This document shows, in pieces, positions 60,047 through 64,000 of a stretch of 64,000 nucleotides of DNA. Positions within the stretch are counted from its first letter, which is position 1. Every line of letters starts with the position of its first letter. The DNA comes from the human T2T-CHM13v2.0 reference genome, Homo sapiens. The position numbers were made by a program, and so were the translations under genes. The stretch lies in the NCBI RefSeq assembly GCF_009914755.1, contig NC_060939.1, one strand, 5' to 3'. Below the pieces are notes generated by a model that ran no database searches, had not been told where the DNA came from, and saw nothing but the letters and a program-made list of their open reading frames with translations.

Positions 60047-60238
60047 CTCAGTGCCTCCAAGCCGGTCTGCAGACCCTTCGCGATACGTGTTTAGGTAACC
60101 ATCCACCAGGGTGGTTAGGTCAGACATCATCTCATCTAGGAGTGCCAAGCGAAGGGGTAACAGGTAGGTAGCTTCCAGGGCCAAAATTTTCAGTAAAGAG
60201 GGTGAAACAGGTCGGATGAACCATACTTCTGGATTTTC
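60047..60238 (-). CDS. EXD1: EXD1 penultimate coding exon (192 nt)
   Basis: ccAG|GAA...GAG|GTAGGT; ENPEVWFIRPVSPSLLKILALEATYLLPLRLALLDEMMSDLTTLVDGYLNTYREGSADRLGGTE (W.RP...YL motif of DnaQ-like exonuclease domains). Confidence 0.95.
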
Positions 60239-61218
60239 CTGGAGACAATAAAACAATTTCCTCTGAACAGTAAGCAAGACTTTAAAGAAAATAACTGTTT
60301 TAGGCTGGGCACAGTGGCTCATGCCTGTAATCCCAGCACTCTGGGAGGCTGAGGCAGGCGGATCACAAGGTCAAGACATCAAGACCATCCTGGCCAACAA
60401 GGTGAAACCCCATCTCTACTAAAAATACAAAAATTAGCTGGGCATGGTGGCACGCGCCTGTAGTCCCAGCTACTCAAGAAGCTGAGGCAGGAGAATCGCT
60501 TAAACCTGGGAGGCGGAGCTTGCAGGGTTGCAGTAAGCTGAGATTGCGCCACTGCACTCCAGCCTGGTGACAGAGCGAGACTCCGTCTCAAAAAAAGAAA
60601 AAAAAAGAAAAGAAAAGAACTGTTTAAAGTATTGCTTAATTTAAGACACTATCATTTTCTTCTATTATTACCTTCTATTTTCACACTATTGATAGCCTTT
60701 GAGCATACACACGCTTGCACACATACTCCTACATTAACAGTGTGTGTGTAACAGAGAAAGAGAGGGGTAGAGGTTGGTCAATCAAGACTTCTCAAAGCTA
60801 GAGGCAGCAAACTTGATTATGTGAACAGAATTGCAGCCAATACAATTATGACCTAAGTTTGCATGCAAGGATGTCAGAAGGTAAAGAAAATTTACTTTAC
60901 TTTGGGAGAAATAACTAGGGTGATTTTGGTTCCATTGCCTTGATCAAAATTCTCACAAAAATTTCCCCCTTGTCCCAGCTAGAAAATTTATTTAAGAGTG
61001 CTTATTTGTTTATTTATTTATTTATTTATTATTTTTTGAGACAGAGTCTCACTCTGTTGCCCAGGCTGGAGTGCAGTGGCACGATCTCAGCTCACCGCAA
61101 TGTCCACCGCCCCTGCCCCCAACTCCAAGTTCAAGCGATTCTCCTGCCTCAGCCTCCCGAGTAGCTGAGACTACAGACACCTGCCACCATGCCCAGTTAA
61201 TTTTTGTATTTTTAGTAG

Positions 61219-61344
<126 letters not shown>

Positions 61345-61548
61345 TAATTAATAGCTAACAAATCTGGATCCTGGCTTTTATCCACTTGAGACCAGATATA
61401 AACCATTCCCATTTGGTACAGTTAAGATTTTGGCAATGTTCATATGATAACATGGCAGCTGTCATTTTTCTACATAACAGGCTGATAATACTGCTCAGAA
61501 AACACTTGAAAAAAAATAATGTCATACAGGACATCCTTTAACACTCAC

Positions 61549-61692
61549 CTGAATTAGTTTTTGTCTCTTTTCTAGAAAGGAGAGATATTTAGGGGCTACT
61601 TGAAGGTGTTTGATTAAACTCTCCTGCAAAGTAGTGATGCAGTTTGGAAGATAGCCACCCGTTTCCATGGAAAACTGAAGTACATCTGCTAC
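61549..61692 (-). CDS. EXD1: EXD1 internal coding exon (144 nt)
   Basis: cacAG|GTA...CAG|GTGAGT; VADVLQFSMETGGYLPNCITTLQESLIKHLQVAPKYLSFLEKRQKLIQ; phase 0 at both ends. Too short for the ORF track. Confidence 0.93.
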
Positions 61693-61863
61693 CTGTGGTA
61701 TTTTAAAAAGACAAACAGACCAGTTGAATATATACAGAGAGCTATCTCATGCCAGAAATATATTTAGAGAAATGTCTAAATAACATTTTCCCCAAGGACC
61801 CACACGATAGACCATGTCATCGGAAAATTTAAAGTTGTTCAGCCAACTTATTCTGAAAAATGA

Positions 61864-62372
<509 letters not shown>

Positions 62373-62395
62373 AACCCAACTTTGCGTTTCCTTAA

Positions 62396-62638
<243 letters not shown>

Positions 62639-62698
62639 TGATCCGCCCGCCTTGGGCTCCCGAAGTGTTGGGATTACAGGCGTGAACCACTGCGCCAG

Positions 62699-62737
<39 letters not shown>

Positions 62738-62894
62738 AGATAGGGTCTTGCTCTATCTCCCAGGATGGAGTACAACGCCACAATCATGGCTTACTGCAGC
62801 CTCAATCTTCCAAGTTCAAGGGATCTTCCCACCTCAGCCTCGAGTAGCTAGGACTACAGGCACATCCCACTATGCCTGGCTAGTATTCTTAAGA

Positions 62895-63185
62895 TTTTTT
62901 TTTTTTTTTTTTTTTGAGACGGAGTCTCGTTCTGTCGCCCAGGCGGGAGTGCTGTGGCGCGATCTCGGCTCACTGCAAGCTCCGCCTCCCGGGTTCACGC
63001 CATTCTCCTGCCTCAGCCTCTCCAAGTAGCTGGGACTACAGGCGCCCGCCACCACGCCCAGCTAATTTTTTGTATTTTTAGTACAGACAGGGTTTCACCG
63101 TGCTCTCGATCTCCTGACCTTGTGATCCGTCCGCCTCGCCCTCCCAAAGTGCTGGGATTACAAGTGTGAGCCACCGCGCCCGGCC
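62895..63185 (-). mobile_element. AluYd-lineage element inserted in the linker of an older Alu
   Basis: 12-bp deletion (GTTTCACCGTGCTCTCGATC); GCGGGAGTGCTGTGGCG and CGTTCTGTCG variants; TSD TCTTAA(G/A)ATTTTT. Confidence 0.8.
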
Positions 63186-63688
63186 TCTTAAAATTTTTTT
63201 GTAGAGACAGTGTCTCACTACGTTGTTCGGGCTGATCTCGAATTCCTGGGCTCAAGCAATCCTCCTGTCTCGGCCTCCCAAAGTGTTGGGATTACAGGCG
63301 TGAGCCACTGCACCTAATGTTTTTATTTTCTCCTTGTGTTATAATACCTACCTGCCTTATGGTTATTTATTAGTCTTTGTTACCCTTTAGGGAATCAAGA
63401 AAGGAAGATAAAATTCAAGAATTATTTTTAGTGGGCTGAGAATGCATTCCTATAGTGCCAGCTAGTCGGGAGCTGAACCAGCAGGATCTCCTGAGCTCAG
63501 GAGTTCGATGCCAGCATGGGCAACATAGTGAGACTCCGTTTCTGGGGGGGAAAAAAATGGGCCTGGCATGTTGGCTCACACCTGTAATCCCAGCACTTTG
63601 GAAGCCAAGGCTAGAAGACTGTTTGAGGTCGGGAGTTCAAGACCAGCCTGGACAATATAGAGAGACCCCATATCTTAAAAAAATTTTA

Positions 63689-63859
<171 letters not shown>

Positions 63860-64000
63860 TTACTTTTATTATCTACTGGTAACCAAGAAAATTTTGTAAG
63901 AAAAGCTAATAAAATAAATAATTATAATTATTTATCTATATGTGGTAGGCTGGCCAATGGCCCCCAAAGATAACTTCTTCATAACCACAGGAACCTGTAT

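Noticed and set aside
59900-60322. 140-aa ORF as a standalone gene
   Set aside because: Only 60047-60238 is the EXD1 exon; the rest is intron read-through.

Overview
Primate (very likely human) genomic DNA, extremely Alu-dense, with no prokaryotic features. From recognition of EXD1 and a CIBAR1/FAM92A retrocopy, it probably corresponds to 15q15.1; this is from memory, not a database search. The only functional protein-coding sequence is the 3' end of EXD1 on the minus strand: three coding exons (61549-61692, 60047-60238, 54024-54686) and a ~1.2-kb 3' UTR. The rest is a nested retroelement graveyard. It holds a decayed HERV-H provirus (1382-7712) with a tRNA-Phe-type PBS and a truncated 3' LTR, two MER41 LTRs, and a MER51 provirus remnant containing an LTR8 that itself contains an LTR12. 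It also holds a CIBAR1 processed pseudogene inside an MLT1 LTR, a 7SL pseudogene, and L1/L2/MER2/MER58 fragments. The most unusual signals are (i) a 52-nt double-hairpin, A-tailed, TSD-flanked retrocopy in the EXD1 3' UTR that matches the transcription-start hairpin of MER41-type LTRs (a TAR-like short RNA), (ii) an L1-retrocopied LTR 3'-end fragment, (iii) an old ND4 NUMT inside an Alu, and (iv) template-switch scars. Almost all ORFs in the supplied track are Alu-derived noise. Repeat subfamily names come from memory of the consensus sequences and need RepeatMasker/Dfam confirmation.
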